Assembly (NCBI GenBank): GCA_964013575.1
Contig: CAXGWP010000005.1
Coordinates: 17,306-81,305 of the forward strand
DNA: 64,000 bases
Origin: an uncultured Nitrosomonadaceae bacterium
Lineage (GTDB): Bacteria; Pseudomonadota; Gammaproteobacteria; Burkholderiales; Nitrosomonadaceae
Reading direction: 5' to 3'
The notes below the pieces were generated by a model. The model saw only the letters and a list, made by a program, of their open reading frames with translations, had not been told where the DNA came from and made no database searches. The first letter of the stretch is position 1; every line of letters starts with the position of its first letter. Shown here in pieces: positions 11,046 through 22,257 of the stretch. Made by a program: the position numbers and the translations under genes.

Positions 11046-12122
11046 TTATTCATTTTTAATGATACTAACGCACTCCTCTGCTACTATTCTAGTAGCATTA
11101 GGCATTGATAATTCTCGTGCCTTTATTGCCATTTTCAATAATTTTTTTCTAGTAAAATCTGATAATAATTTAGCTAAACTATGGGGGGTCAATTCACTCT
11201 CTAATAACATCACTGCAGCACCATAACTACTTAAAAATTTTGCATTATATATCTGATGATCATCTGCAGCATATGGATAAGGCACAAGGATACTTGCTAT
11301 ACCCACAGAGGATAATTCAGAAATTGTAAGTGCACCAGCCCGACATATAACCAAATCACACTCTGAGTACCGGATAGCTATGTTATCAATAAAGTCGACC
11401 AATTCTCCCTCTACCCCAGACTCTAAATAATTTTTATTTAAAGTTCCTAGGTGTTTATCCCCACCTTGATGAACAACATCTGGTCGCACGTTTTCTGGTA
11501 TCAATTGTAAAGCCTTTGGTACCACAATATTTAATGCTTGTGCACCTAAACTACCACCTATTACCAAGATCTTTAGATTGCCATCCCTCACCCCATACCT
11601 ACTATCTGGTTCATCTAATTGATTAATCTCACTACGTACTGGATTTCCTGAGAAAATCACCTTGTTCTTATCTTTAATTGAGTCAGGAAATCCTATTAAT
11701 ACTCTATCTGCAAGCTTAGCTAATATCTTATTTGTAAGACCAGGTATTGAGTTCTGCTCATGAATCAATAAAGGTTTATTTAAGAATGAAGCCATAACCC
11801 CCCCTGGGAATGCTGGGTAGCCCCCCATACCCAATACCACATCTGGACGTAAAATAAATAAGAGCTTTCCACTTTGCCAAAGTGCAAATAGCAGCCTTAT
11901 AGGAAGAGTAACCCAAGCCATTAAATTTTTTCTACCTAAACCCGAGAAATCAATAAACTTAATATCGTATCCTTTTCTTAAAACTAGCGATTCTTCCATT
12001 CCGCCTTTTGTTCCTAACCACACTACTCTCCAACCATTTTTCTTTAAATAATCTGCTACTGCTAATGCTGGAAAAATATGCCCTCCAGTTCCCCCAGCCA
12101 TAATTAAGATAGTATGTGTCAA
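11046..12122 (-). CDS. murG: Undecaprenyl-PP-MurNAc-pentapeptide GlcNAc transferase MurG
   Basis: IMAGGTGGHIFPALAVA N-terminal motif. TTG start. Canonical position. Confidence 0.96.
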   Translation of the reverse strand: MTHTILIMAGGTGGHIFPALAVADYLKKNGWRVVWLGTKGGMEESLVLRKGYDIKFIDFSGLGRKNLMAWVTLPIRLLFALWQSGKLLFILRPDVVLGMGGYPAFPGGVMASFLNKPLLIHEQNSIPGLTNKILAKLADRVLIGFPDSIKDKNKVIFSGNPVRSEINQLDEPDSRYGVRDGNLKILVIGGSLGAQALNIVVPKALQLIPENVRPDVVHQGGDKHLGTLNKNYLESGVEGELVDFIDNIAIRYSECDLVICRAGALTISELSSVGIASILVPYPYAADDHQIYNAKFLSSYGAAVMLLESELTPHSLAKLLSDFTRKKLLKMAIKARELSMPNATRIVAEECVSIIKNE

Positions 12123-12159
12123 TCTAAATACCTAGAATTATTTTGATAATAACTTAACT

Positions 12160-13320
12160 TCATATTTTATATCCTTTCATTAACTGACGATTCTCCCAGT
12201 CAACTCTTAATAAAATTGCTAGGGCAATGCAATTTGCAACAATACTACTACCACCAAAACTCATTAATGGCAAAGTTAATCCTTTTGTAGGTAAAATACC
12301 CATATTTACACCCATATTGATAAAAGCCTGTATTCCAATCCATACTCCAATACCCTGAGCTACTAATGCAGAGAAAAAACGTTCACGTATTGCTGCCTGA
12401 CGCCCTATCACAAAGGCACGTATTACTAACCATGAAAATAGAATTACTACAACTATTACCCCAATAAAACCAAGCTCCTCCGCTATTACTGCTAGTAAGA
12501 AATCAGTATGTGCTTCTGGCAAATAGAATAATTTCTCTACACTTCCGCCTAGCCCGACACCTTCCCATCCACCTCTCCCAAATGCCATCAGAGAATGAGA
12601 CAATTGATACCCTGAACTAAACTCATCTTCAAATGGATTTAAAGTAGCAATGATTCGTTTCATACGATAAGGCTCAAACAAAATTAATGCCATTACAGCC
12701 AAGCACAATATCCCAATTATTTGGCCAAATAATTTTATATTCATGCCTCCTAAAAATAAAATAGCCATTACATTACTAGTAATAACTACAAATGCCCCTA
12801 AATCTGGTTGCTTTAGTAACAAAAATCCTAACATTACCATTACAATAAAGATTGGTAAGAATCCCTTCCTAAAATTATCCAAATAAGATTCTCTTTTAAT
12901 TGTATAACCTGCAACATACATTACCATGAATAATTTCATAAATTCGGAAGGCTGTAGATTTACAAAGAATAACGATAACCAACGCTTACTCCCATTAACT
13001 TCATGCCCTATACCAGGAATCAATACTAATGCAAGCAGTACCATACCTATCAGAAATGGATATAGTGAATATTTCTGCCAGAATTTCATTGGCGCTTGAA
13101 ATACAATCAACCCAACAAATAAACCAACTAACAAGAAAACTCCTTGCCGAACAAGAAAATATGCTGCATAACCATTCCCACGACTAGTCTCAGCTATTGA
13201 AATAGAAGCTGAATAAACCATAATGAGACCTAAACTCAATAGAAATATTGCAGACCAAATTAGGCTCTGATCAAAATCAGATATAATTCTCTGATTACTA
13301 GTACTAGGTTGATAAATCAT
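12160..13320 (-). CDS. ftsW: SEDS-family peptidoglycan glycosyltransferase FtsW
   Basis: Polytopic membrane protein with SEDS motifs PSEFMKL and [16 protein letters not shown]. Lies between murD and murG. Confidence 0.95.
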   Translation of the reverse strand: MIYQPSTSNQRIISDFDQSLIWSAIFLLSLGLIMVYSASISIAETSRGNGYAAYFLVRQGVFLLVGLFVGLIVFQAPMKFWQKYSLYPFLIGMVLLALVLIPGIGHEVNGSKRWLSLFFVNLQPSEFMKLFMVMYVAGYTIKRESYLDNFRKGFLPIFIVMVMLGFLLLKQPDLGAFVVITSNVMAILFLGGMNIKLFGQIIGILCLAVMALILFEPYRMKRIIATLNPFEDEFSSGYQLSHSLMAFGRGGWEGVGLGGSVEKLFYLPEAHTDFLLAVIAEELGFIGVIVVVILFSWLVIRAFVIGRQAAIRERFFSALVAQGIGVWIGIQAFINMGVNMGILPTKGLTLPLMSFGGSSIVANCIALAILLRVDWENRQLMKGYKI

Positions 13321-13341
13321 TAATATTGACCTAAAAACTAC

Positions 13342-14757
13342 TTAATGTATAACTCTTGCAGTATCTAAAATTTTCAACTCTAAATCTTTTATTGCTTCAA
13401 TATAAACTTCAGCACGATGAATATAATCTCTAAACATATCAGTGCTAGCACAAGCAGGGGACATAAGTACAACATCACCAACCTTTGCTAAAGAAAAACT
13501 CTTTTCTACTGCATCTTCTAATGTTATTGCACTATGCAGAGGAATACCACACCCATTTATTGCATCTGCAATTCTTCCTGCATCTATTCCAATCAGAACC
13601 ACTGCCTGAACACCATGTGAAACTGATTCTTTCAATGGAGAAAAATCTTGTTGCTTCCCATCACCACCTATAATCAATATTTTTTTCTGAGTAATACTAT
13701 TAATAGCCGCAATTGTCGCACCTACATTTGTAGCTTTTGAATCATTATAAAATGTAATTCCGCCCAACATCACAACCTTCTCCATACGATGAGGTAGCCC
13801 AGAAAATTCTCTTAAAGCCTTAAGCATTGGACCATAATCCACACCCACAGCGTGACATAAAGCCAGCGCAGCTAAAGCATTAGCAATATTATGGGGGCCA
13901 TTAACCCCAAGTTCACTGACTTTTATTAGCCTATTACTACCTTGTACAATCCAAGTATCATCATCTACTAACAAACCAAAATCATTCCTATTAACTGGAA
14001 AACCCATACCAAAAGTTATCTGCTTTCTACCGGCTATTCCCATACTATTAACAATAGGATCGTCACGATTTAATATCTGTACCATACTTCCATTATCTAT
14101 TTTCGCTGAGAATATTTTCGCCTTAGTGGCAACATAATCATCCATATTAGAATAACGATCTAGATGATCTTCGCTCAAATTAAGAACTGTAGCCACATCA
14201 GGATTAAAATTCTTTGTAGCTTCCAATTGAAAACTTGAAATTTCTAAAACCCATGCTTGCGGGGGCTTTCCAGAATCAATCCTCTGCATAAATTTATTTA
14301 ATACTGCCGGGCCTATATTCCCCGCCACCTCTATATCCCACCCAGCCTCTCTTAACATTGCATCAACCATAGATGACACTGTCGTTTTTCCATTAGAACC
14401 TGTAATTGCTAAAACCTTTGGTTTTATAACATTACATTTATTAATTACTAAAGAAAATAGCTCAATATCACCAACAACTGGAATTCCACATTTAATTGCC
14501 TGATGTATTAATGGAATAGTTTGAGAAATACCTGGACTAATAGCAATAAGATCTATTCCCTTAAATATTGCATCTGAGAAAGAACCAGTGAAAATCTGAT
14601 CCATAGGGATAATTTCTTTCAATATACTAAGATTTGGAGGCTCAGTACGGCTATCTGCTACACGAATATTTAAACCTATACGCGACAACCATTTAACCAT
14701 AGATAATCCAGTTTCACCCATTCCAAGAACCAAAACCGTTTTTCCATATAGGTTCAT
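13342..14757 (-). CDS. murD: UDP-N-acetylmuramoylalanine--D-glutamate ligase MurD
   Basis: [12 protein letters not shown] Rossmann N-terminus. P-loop [11 protein letters not shown]. 4-nt overlap with mraY. Confidence 0.96.
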   Translation of the reverse strand: MNLYGKTVLVLGMGETGLSMVKWLSRIGLNIRVADSRTEPPNLSILKEIIPMDQIFTGSFSDAIFKGIDLIAISPGISQTIPLIHQAIKCGIPVVGDIELFSLVINKCNVIKPKVLAITGSNGKTTVSSMVDAMLREAGWDIEVAGNIGPAVLNKFMQRIDSGKPPQAWVLEISSFQLEATKNFNPDVATVLNLSEDHLDRYSNMDDYVATKAKIFSAKIDNGSMVQILNRDDPIVNSMGIAGRKQITFGMGFPVNRNDFGLLVDDDTWIVQGSNRLIKVSELGVNGPHNIANALAALALCHAVGVDYGPMLKALREFSGLPHRMEKVVMLGGITFYNDSKATNVGATIAAINSITQKKILIIGGDGKQQDFSPLKESVSHGVQAVVLIGIDAGRIADAINGCGIPLHSAITLEDAVEKSFSLAKVGDVVLMSPACASTDMFRDYIHRAEVYIEAIKDLELKILDTARVIH

Positions 14758-15839
14758 CTTAATTTAAGTGTAGATAACCCGAGTAGCACTAACATCATAG
14801 TTATAATCCAGAACCGAACTACTACTTGATTCTCCTTCCACCCTTTTAACTCAAAATGATGGTGCAATGGAGCCATTCGGAAAATACGCCTACCTGTTAA
14901 TTTGAATGAAGCTACCTGTACCATTACTGATAAAGTTTCTACCACAAATACACCACCCATAATAAGAAGTATAATTTCCTGGCGTATTATTATAGTAACA
15001 ACACCAAGTGCAGCACCAAGAGCCAAAGCACCAACATCACCCATAAATACTTCTGCTGGGTAAGCATTAAACCATAAAAAAGCAAGCCCTGAACCTGCCA
15101 ATGCACCACAAAATACAGCTAATTCAGCTGCATTCGGAATATAAGGAATACCAAGATATTTTGCAAAAATTGAATGACCAGCCACATAAGCAAAAACTGC
15201 TAGCCCACTACTAATCATAACTGTTGGCATAATAGCCAACCCATCTAAACCATCAGTCAAATTTACTGCATTACTAGCACCTACTATGACAAAATAGGAG
15301 AGCATTACAAATCCAACTAACCCCAATGGTATTATGATTTGCTTAAAAAAAGGCACAATCATACTAGTTTGTACTGCGGAGTCTGCGGTAAGCGCCAGGT
15401 AAAATGCAACAGTAAGTGCAATTGAAGACTGCCAGAAAAATTTAACACCAGCGGAAAGTCCTTTTGGATTGTTATATACCACCTTCCTATAATCGTCTAC
15501 CCAGCCAATTGCCCCAAAACCTAAGGTCGTTAACAATACTACCCATATATAATGATTATCTAAATCTGCCCACAATAAGGTACTAATTGCAATAGAAACT
15601 AATATCAATGCACCTCCCATAGTAGGAGTACCTGCTTTAACAAGGTGTGTTTGTGGGCCATCATCACGAACCGATTGACCAATTCTATATGCAGAAAGCT
15701 TACGAATCATAGCTGGACCGACAATAAATGAAATCACTAAAGATGTCAGTGCAGCTAATACCGTTCGTAATGTAATATAATTGAATACATTAAATGCTCG
15801 GATATCTCCTGCTAACCATTGTGTAAATTCTAATAACAT
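14754..15839 (-). CDS. mraY: Phospho-N-acetylmuramoyl-pentapeptide transferase MraY
   Basis: [36 protein letters not shown]. Confidence 0.97.
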   Translation of the reverse strand: MLLEFTQWLAGDIRAFNVFNYITLRTVLAALTSLVISFIVGPAMIRKLSAYRIGQSVRDDGPQTHLVKAGTPTMGGALILVSIAISTLLWADLDNHYIWVVLLTTLGFGAIGWVDDYRKVVYNNPKGLSAGVKFFWQSSIALTVAFYLALTADSAVQTSMIVPFFKQIIIPLGLVGFVMLSYFVIVGASNAVNLTDGLDGLAIMPTVMISSGLAVFAYVAGHSIFAKYLGIPYIPNAAELAVFCGALAGSGLAFLWFNAYPAEVFMGDVGALALGAALGVVTIIIRQEIILLIMGGVFVVETLSVMVQVASFKLTGRRIFRMAPLHHHFELKGWKENQVVVRFWIITMMLVLLGLSTLKLR

Positions 15840-15918
15840 ATTCTACCTAATAGGGCTCTCAATTTTTCCCTTAAATTTTAATTCTAATGGATTTATTCTT
15901 TTTTAGAATCAATCAAAT

Positions 15919-17286
15919 TTATACCTCAAACCTTCTAACTATTCGATCCATTTGCATAAACCTAGATCCTTTTATTAACAATGTTACATTGGGAGCTAAT
16001 ACTGACTCAATTTCTACTAAAATATCTTCGATATTTTTAAAATGTTGTCCACCGGAACCAAATTTCCTTACAGAATATGCACTTAATTTACCTAAAGCAA
16101 ATAGCCTATCTATCCCAATGAGACGAGCTTCTTTACCAATACGTTCATGAAAATCTATAGCAGCATCACCTAATTCGCCCATATCCCCAAGAATTAGAAT
16201 CTTCTTTCCAGTAGAAATATTTGCTAACACTGATAATGCAGCTCGTACTGATTCTGGATTAGCGTTATAACTATCATCTATCATGATTGCGCCATACAGA
16301 CACTTCTTTTGCTGTAATCTACCGTTCACCCCATCAAATAATTCCAATCCATTTACAATATTTTTCTTTCTTACACCTATTGCAGTTGATGCTGCAGCTG
16401 CTGCAAGTGCGTTATAAACATTATGCCTTCCTGGGACCCGCAATTTGATTTCTACCACTCCATCGGGATGCTCTAATTTCATTCTGGTGCTAGTAGAATT
16501 TAATTGATAACACCCTCTCACTTTTGCTTTATTATTTAACCCAAAATCAATTATTGATTTATTATCAGCAATTTTCCGCCATAGTTTTACATTTGAATCA
16601 TCTGCATTAATAACTGCTACGCCTGACTTATCTAACCCTTCAAAAATTTCACCTTTAGCAAGTGCCACTTCCTTAACAGAACCAATCCCTTCTATATGTG
16701 CAGCACCTGCATTCGTTATCAGTGCAACAGTAGGCTTTACTAGATTAGTTAAATATGAAATTTCACCAGCGTGACTCATACCCATTTCTATTACCGCATA
16801 TTCATGCTTTCTATCTAACTGTAACAACATTTTTGGAACACCAATATCATTATTAAAATTACCAGTAGTTGCTAATATTTTGTTACGATTCTCTCCAACT
16901 AACTGAAGTAGTATTAATGCAATCATTTCTTTTACTGTTGTTTTTCCATTGCTACCTGTTACTGCAATTATAGGTATATCAAAGCGCCCCCTCCAATATG
17001 CTGCCAATTGGCCCAAACCTAATAGTGTATCTCTAACAATTATTATAGGAATTGTTAGACTCTGGTCCTCTTTGATATCTGAACCTTGATTAACCATAAC
17101 AGCTGCAGCACCTCTATCCTTTGCCTGGAAAATAAATTCATGCCCATCAAAATTCTTACCACTCAAAGCTACAAATAAATCACCACCCTTTATATCTCTG
17201 CTATCAGTACTTACTCCAGTAAAAAGCACATCTTTACCATGCCATTCTGCATGCAATATATGGGCCACTTCCTGTACTGTCATCAT
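15919..17286 (-). CDS. murF: UDP-MurNAc-tripeptide--D-Ala-D-Ala ligase MurF
   Basis: Mur ligase P-loop [14 protein letters not shown]. Position after murE with a 4-nt overlap. Confidence 0.95.
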   Translation of the reverse strand: MMTVQEVAHILHAEWHGKDVLFTGVSTDSRDIKGGDLFVALSGKNFDGHEFIFQAKDRGAAAVMVNQGSDIKEDQSLTIPIIIVRDTLLGLGQLAAYWRGRFDIPIIAVTGSNGKTTVKEMIALILLQLVGENRNKILATTGNFNNDIGVPKMLLQLDRKHEYAVIEMGMSHAGEISYLTNLVKPTVALITNAGAAHIEGIGSVKEVALAKGEIFEGLDKSGVAVINADDSNVKLWRKIADNKSIIDFGLNNKAKVRGCYQLNSTSTRMKLEHPDGVVEIKLRVPGRHNVYNALAAAAASTAIGVRKKNIVNGLELFDGVNGRLQQKKCLYGAIMIDDSYNANPESVRAALSVLANISTGKKILILGDMGELGDAAIDFHERIGKEARLIGIDRLFALGKLSAYSVRKFGSGGQHFKNIEDILVEIESVLAPNVTLLIKGSRFMQMDRIVRRFEV

Positions 17287-18836
17287 ATTTGGTCCTGCAT
17301 TTTTGCTAGTTCCTGTAAAGTTAATCTCACCACTCTCATATCACTAAAAGGAATTTTTTGCGCACCTATTTCCTGATATTCTTCACTTCCTTTTCCTGCA
17401 ATAAGAACCACATCACCTCTATGCGCATCATTTAAAGCCCGGCAAATAGCCACTTCTCTATTTTCTTCAACAAAATAATTTTTATCTGCACCCAAGGCTA
17501 TATCATTAATAATAGAATAAGGATCCTCATCACGGGGATTATCACTAGTAATAATAGTTTCATCAGATAACTCTGTTGCAATTTTTCCCATAAGCGCCCG
17601 TTTATCTTGGTCGCGATTGCCACCACAACCAAAAACACAAATTAATTTTGATTTCTTATTTCTAAATTTTAAAATATTGGCAGTACTACTAACAATCTCA
17701 CGTAGTGCTGTTAATGTTTTTTTTAAAGCGTCTGGAGTATGAGCAAAATCAACAATCACCAATGGTAAACTACCTCCACCAAATTTCTGCATCCTACCTG
17801 ATATAGATTGTATTTTTTTTAATGACTTCACTGCATCACTTAAATTAAAACCACACGCTAATAGTGTAGAAATAACTCCAAGCAAATTAGATGCATTAAA
17901 AGCTCCAATTAACTCTGCTTTGACCCCTATACGCTCCCCCTCAAATACAACTTCAAACTCTAGCTCCTTGGCATTAATTTTCAAATTACAACCATAAACC
18001 ATTTTAAATAATTTTGAATCACAACCCTCTATTTCCAGATCTTTAAACCCATACCCTATAATATCTATAGGTCGACCCTTTAATTTATTTATCAAATTTA
18101 TACCAAAATCATCATCAAAATTTATAACAGCATACTTAAGCCCATTCCAATGAAATAAGCTTGCTTTACAAGCAGCATATGCATCCATGCTGCCATGATA
18201 ATCCAAATGGTCATGTGATAAATTCGTAAATAATGCTATTGATAATGTAGACCCATTTATTCTGCCTTGAGCTATACCGTGAGATGAAGCCTCCATTACC
18301 ACATACTGAGCACCTTGTTTCAAGAAATCAGCCATTCTTTGCTGTAATAAAACTGGGCCAGGCGTTGTATTAATAGAAGGAAGAAGATTATCTGAAAAAC
18401 CACTGCCCAAAGTACCTATTGAAGCCGCTCTTATACCAAGCTCTGCCAACGCCTGGGCTATCCACTGAACACATGACGTCTTTCCATTTGTTCCAGTAAC
18501 ACCAATTAGACATAGTTTTCCAGATGGATTTCTATATACATGACTTGCAATTGCACCCACCTTATTACGTAAGCTTGATATTGATAAATTAGGTATCTTC
18601 CACTTAGGATTCCATACAAAACCATTTTGTTCCCACAATACTGCATTTGCCCCCGCTTTAATTGCTTGTGGAATATATTTACGTGTATCAACCTTCTCTC
18701 CAACATAAGCTAGAAATGTATCTCCTGGTTTAACCATTCGACTATCAGTAACTAGATTCTCAATATTAATACCCATGCTATTAAGTAAGTCTGGGTCAAA
18801 ATTTTCTTCTAATATTTCTTTACTCCTAAAATTCAT
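17283..18836 (-). CDS. murE: UDP-MurNAc-L-Ala-D-Glu--2,6-diaminopimelate ligase MurE
   Basis: GVTGTNGKTSC P-loop and the DNPRDEDP motif typical of meso-DAP-adding MurE. Confidence 0.96.
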   Translation of the reverse strand: MNFRSKEILEENFDPDLLNSMGINIENLVTDSRMVKPGDTFLAYVGEKVDTRKYIPQAIKAGANAVLWEQNGFVWNPKWKIPNLSISSLRNKVGAIASHVYRNPSGKLCLIGVTGTNGKTSCVQWIAQALAELGIRAASIGTLGSGFSDNLLPSINTTPGPVLLQQRMADFLKQGAQYVVMEASSHGIAQGRINGSTLSIALFTNLSHDHLDYHGSMDAYAACKASLFHWNGLKYAVINFDDDFGINLINKLKGRPIDIIGYGFKDLEIEGCDSKLFKMVYGCNLKINAKELEFEVVFEGERIGVKAELIGAFNASNLLGVISTLLACGFNLSDAVKSLKKIQSISGRMQKFGGGSLPLVIVDFAHTPDALKKTLTALREIVSSTANILKFRNKKSKLICVFGCGGNRDQDKRALMGKIATELSDETIITSDNPRDEDPYSIINDIALGADKNYFVEENREVAICRALNDAHRGDVVLIAGKGSEEYQEIGAQKIPFSDMRVVRLTLQELAKMQDQI

Positions 18837-20560
18837 ACATCACCTTTAAATCTTGGAGCCACTGGTGAGAAAACTGTTTTATCAATATGGGCATCATGAG
18901 GAACATTTAAATTTCTTAATGCATCAGCCATAACTCGACTAAACACTGGTGCGGCTACTGCTCCTCCAAAATATTTTCCACCTGAGGGCTCATCAAGCAT
19001 TACCGCAATAATAAGGCGTGGGTTAGAAGCTGGCGCATAGCCTACAAATGAAGAGATATACTTATCTTTAGCATAACCGCCACTATCTTTTACTTTATGA
19101 GCAGTACCAGTCTTACCAGCAACTCGATAACCCTTAATTTGTGCAAGCGTTGCTGTACCACCCTTTTCTACCACCATCTCTAACATTTTACTTACAGAAA
19201 GCGCCGTTTTACGTGAGATTATCTGCTTACCAGCTGGCGGCTTATCAAGCTTTAATAAAGATACTGGCTTTAATTTTCCTTCTTCTGAAAACAAAGTATA
19301 GGCACGAGCTAACTGCAATAAATTTACTGAAATACCCATCCCATAAGACATTGTTGCCTGCTCAATTGATCGCCATTTTTGATATGGACGAAGTTTTCCC
19401 TTAACCTCACCAGGAAATCCAGAGCCAGTAGTCATACCAAAACCTGTGCGATTCAAAGTTTCCCACATTGTTTGTGCTGACAATTTCAAAGCAATCTGTA
19501 CAGTACCAACATTACTAGATTTCTTAATCACTTCCTCTACAGTCAAGATACCTTCGACATGCGAATCCCTTATGGTATTTTTACCAATAGTGATAAACCC
19601 AGGAGCAGTATCAAATTCAGTATCTGAATTTATTTTACCTGCATCTAGTGCAGATGCTACTATAAACGGCTTCATAGTCGAACCGGGCTCAAATATATCA
19701 GTTAATACCCTATTCCTTGATTTCTCCCCAATCCTTTCAGTTCTATTATTTGGATTGTATGTTGGCAAATTAACTAACGCTAATATTTCTCCAGTTTGGG
19801 AATCTAAAACTACTATCTCTCCAGCTTTAGCCTTATTAATATCCATAGCACGCTTTAATTCTCTATATGCAGAATACTGAATTTTACTATCAAGAGATAA
19901 GGCTAAATCTTGTCCCGGCCTAGGCTTTAAAATTATTTCAATATCTTCAACAATACGCCCCTTTCTATCTTTAATAACACGACGAAGACCAGATTTACCA
20001 GCTAAAGTTTCTTGCCACCCTAATTCAATACCTTCTTGCCCGTTATCATCCACATTAGTAAACCCCAACACTTGAGCTGTTATCTCACGCTTAGGATAAT
20101 ACCTCTTAAATTCGGGATCAAAAAATATCCCAGGAAGACCAAGCTCAGCTATTTTATCTGCTACATCTGGCGATAAATGACGCTTCAAATAAACAAAATC
20201 TCGCTTCTTATTACCTATTTTTCTTCTAATATCAGCAACATTCATCTCAGCTAATTCAGCCAATCTTTGTAATTGACTATTAGTTACATGAAAACCAGCA
20301 GGATTTGCCCATAAAGATTTTACTGGTGTACTAATAGCAAGAGGCTCACCATGTCGATCAGTAATCATTCCACGATGTGCTGGCATCTCAACCACACGAC
20401 TAGAACGTAATTCTCCTTTTTTCTGCAAGATGTCATTATGCATTCCTTGCAAATAAACTGCACGAACACTCAAACCAAAAAAGCCAAGCAATAAAAATGC
20501 AGATAAGACTCGAGCACGCCACGCTGGTAAGGTAAAATTCAGAACAGGATTACGAGTCAT
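18833..20560 (-). CDS. ftsI: Peptidoglycan D,D-transpeptidase FtsI (PBP3)
   Basis: N-terminal TM anchor. Transpeptidase motifs STMKP, SSN, KTGT. Position after ftsL. Confidence 0.95.
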   Translation of the reverse strand: MTRNPVLNFTLPAWRARVLSAFLLLGFFGLSVRAVYLQGMHNDILQKKGELRSSRVVEMPAHRGMITDRHGEPLAISTPVKSLWANPAGFHVTNSQLQRLAELAEMNVADIRRKIGNKKRDFVYLKRHLSPDVADKIAELGLPGIFFDPEFKRYYPKREITAQVLGFTNVDDNGQEGIELGWQETLAGKSGLRRVIKDRKGRIVEDIEIILKPRPGQDLALSLDSKIQYSAYRELKRAMDINKAKAGEIVVLDSQTGEILALVNLPTYNPNNRTERIGEKSRNRVLTDIFEPGSTMKPFIVASALDAGKINSDTEFDTAPGFITIGKNTIRDSHVEGILTVEEVIKKSSNVGTVQIALKLSAQTMWETLNRTGFGMTTGSGFPGEVKGKLRPYQKWRSIEQATMSYGMGISVNLLQLARAYTLFSEEGKLKPVSLLKLDKPPAGKQIISRKTALSVSKMLEMVVEKGGTATLAQIKGYRVAGKTGTAHKVKDSGGYAKDKYISSFVGYAPASNPRLIIAVMLDEPSGGKYFGGAVAAPVFSRVMADALRNLNVPHDAHIDKTVFSPVAPRFKGDV

Positions 20561-20862
20561 CGTTCTTCCTCTTTTACAGGAACTGCTGAACTATCAGACT
20601 CTATTAAGGAAATAATTTTAATTTGGGACTCATCTGGAACCTTCATTAATAATTTCTTAGTAGCTATCCTCTCAATCTGAGTCCGCATTGCAACAGTACT
20701 CTGCTCGAGAAGTAACTGATCCCACTCTACAGCTAAATTTGTTGCCTTCTTCTGCTCTTTTTCCAGCTCCATAAAAAGCTTACGTGCTTCATGCTTTGAG
20801 GTCACAACACCTAAAGCACAAAAAATAACAATCAACGTAAGAAAAATATTTAGTCTAGTCAC
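20557..20862 (-). CDS. ftsL: Cell division protein FtsL
   Basis: 101 aa, one TM helix (IFLTLIVIFCALGVV), then the coiled-coil region LLLEQSTVAMRTQIERIATKKLLM. GTG start with no obvious SD. 4-nt overlap with ftsI. Confidence 0.8.
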   Translation of the reverse strand: MTRLNIFLTLIVIFCALGVVTSKHEARKLFMELEKEQKKATNLAVEWDQLLLEQSTVAMRTQIERIATKKLLMKVPDESQIKIISLIESDSSAVPVKEEER

Positions 20863-20946
20863 TTCGATTTTCTATGACTAAAGTCATTAGCCTATATAAC
20901 CACTATAACTATCTAGCTTGTATAACAAAAGAAACTAAAGCCAAAT

Positions 20947-20977
20947 AAATAATTACTAAATGTAGCAGTAATTATTT
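20947..20977 (-). terminator. AT-rich hairpin downstream of ftsZ; possible weak terminator or attenuator
   Basis: Perfect inverted repeat aaataattact / agtaattattt (20947-20957 and 20967-20977) with a 9-nt loop. It sits about 40 nt after the ftsZ stop and is followed on the minus strand by tatttgg. The stem is almost all A/T, so it is thermodynamically weak. Confidence 0.3.
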
Positions 20978-21015
20978 TGCCTTGTACCACCAATATTATT
21001 TTTCTACAAAAAATT

Positions 21016-22185
21016 TCAATCAGCCTGTTTCCTTAAAAAAGCAGGGATCTCTAATTCATCTACGCCAGATTGCTTCATTGCTTGCACTGCTTCACGCCTA
21101 TTTGTACGTGTAACTGCAGGAACACTAAGCTCTCTCAGATCCACTATATCTTCTGATGATGAATCATTAGTTCCAGTACGGGTATGAATAACACTTAGTG
21201 GCTTAGTAGCAGCATGATGACTAACTTCTAGTTCATTAAGTCCTGTTGCTACAACCGTCACACGCAGATCATTCTGCATACTTTCATCTATTACTGTACC
21301 AATAATTATAGTGGCGTCTTCATCTGTAAAATCTTTAATGGTATTCATTACCTCTTGTACTTCTCGCATCTTTAATCCCGAGCTCGCAGTAATATTTACT
21401 AACACTCCACGGGCTCCAGAAAGATTAACCCCTTCAAGCAAAGGGCTAGCAACTGCCTGCTGTGCTGATAAGCTAGCACGGTCAATTCCTGTTGAAAGCG
21501 CAGTCCCCATCATAGCCATACCTGCTTCTGCCATTACAGTTTTAACATCAGCAAAATCTACATTTACAAGACCTGGACAATTAATTACCTCAGATATTCC
21601 TGCAACTGCCCCATGAAGCACACTATTTGCTTCCTCAAAAGCATCTAACATGCTCACATCATCCCCTAACACTGACATTAATTTATCATTTGGGATAACA
21701 ATTAATGAGTCAACATAGTTTGATAATTCCTCCATTCCAATCTGTGCCGATTTTAGACGCTTACCTTCAAATAAAAATGGCTTTGTTACAACCGCAACAG
21801 TTAGAATATTCATTTCTTTTGCTATCTCTGCCACTATTGGCGCCGCACCAGTCCCAGTTCCACCTCCCATACCTGCAGTAATGAATAACATATCCGCCCC
21901 ATCAATTAACTCAGCAATACGGTCACGTTCTTCAATTGCAGCCAAGCGCCCAATTTCAGGATTTGCTCCAGCACCTAATCCCTTTGTAATAGCAGGACCT
22001 AATTGTAATAAAATACGTGCCTGATTACGCTTTAATGACTGCGCATCAGTATTAGCACAAATAAACTCAACACCCTCAACTCCGTTCTTAATCATGTGGT
22101 CTACAGCATTACCCCCACAACCACCGACACCTATAACTTTTATAACTGCCGCTCGGTCTTCTGCCTCCATGATCTCGAATTTCAT
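21016..22185 (-). CDS. ftsZ: Cell division GTPase FtsZ
   Basis: IKVIGVGGCGGNAV, tubulin signature GGGTGTGAAP, conserved C-terminal peptide LEIPAFLRKQAD. SD AAGGAGAG 5 nt upstream of the ATG. Confidence 0.98.
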   Translation of the reverse strand: MKFEIMEAEDRAAVIKVIGVGGCGGNAVDHMIKNGVEGVEFICANTDAQSLKRNQARILLQLGPAITKGLGAGANPEIGRLAAIEERDRIAELIDGADMLFITAGMGGGTGTGAAPIVAEIAKEMNILTVAVVTKPFLFEGKRLKSAQIGMEELSNYVDSLIVIPNDKLMSVLGDDVSMLDAFEEANSVLHGAVAGISEVINCPGLVNVDFADVKTVMAEAGMAMMGTALSTGIDRASLSAQQAVASPLLEGVNLSGARGVLVNITASSGLKMREVQEVMNTIKDFTDEDATIIIGTVIDESMQNDLRVTVVATGLNELEVSHHAATKPLSVIHTRTGTNDSSSEDIVDLRELSVPAVTRTNRREAVQAMKQSGVDELEIPAFLRKQAD

Positions 22186-22257
22186 AACAACTCTCCTTTG
22201 ATGAGTTAGTCAAATTATTTACTTATTTTAAATCTAATATTTTTGAAAACACCTCTT

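Noticed and set aside
19446-19880. 144-aa ORF antisense to ftsI. Other antisense or overlapping ORFs occur inside well-supported genes: 4061-4384 in serS, 21311-21616 in ftsZ, 29381-29870 in ilvD, 38870-39454 in the TerC gene, and 62751-63215 in permease 2.
   Set aside because: All are fully embedded in genes with unambiguous conserved motifs on the other strand. They have no SD or start context and encode low-complexity peptides. They fit chance open frames opposite real coding sequence.
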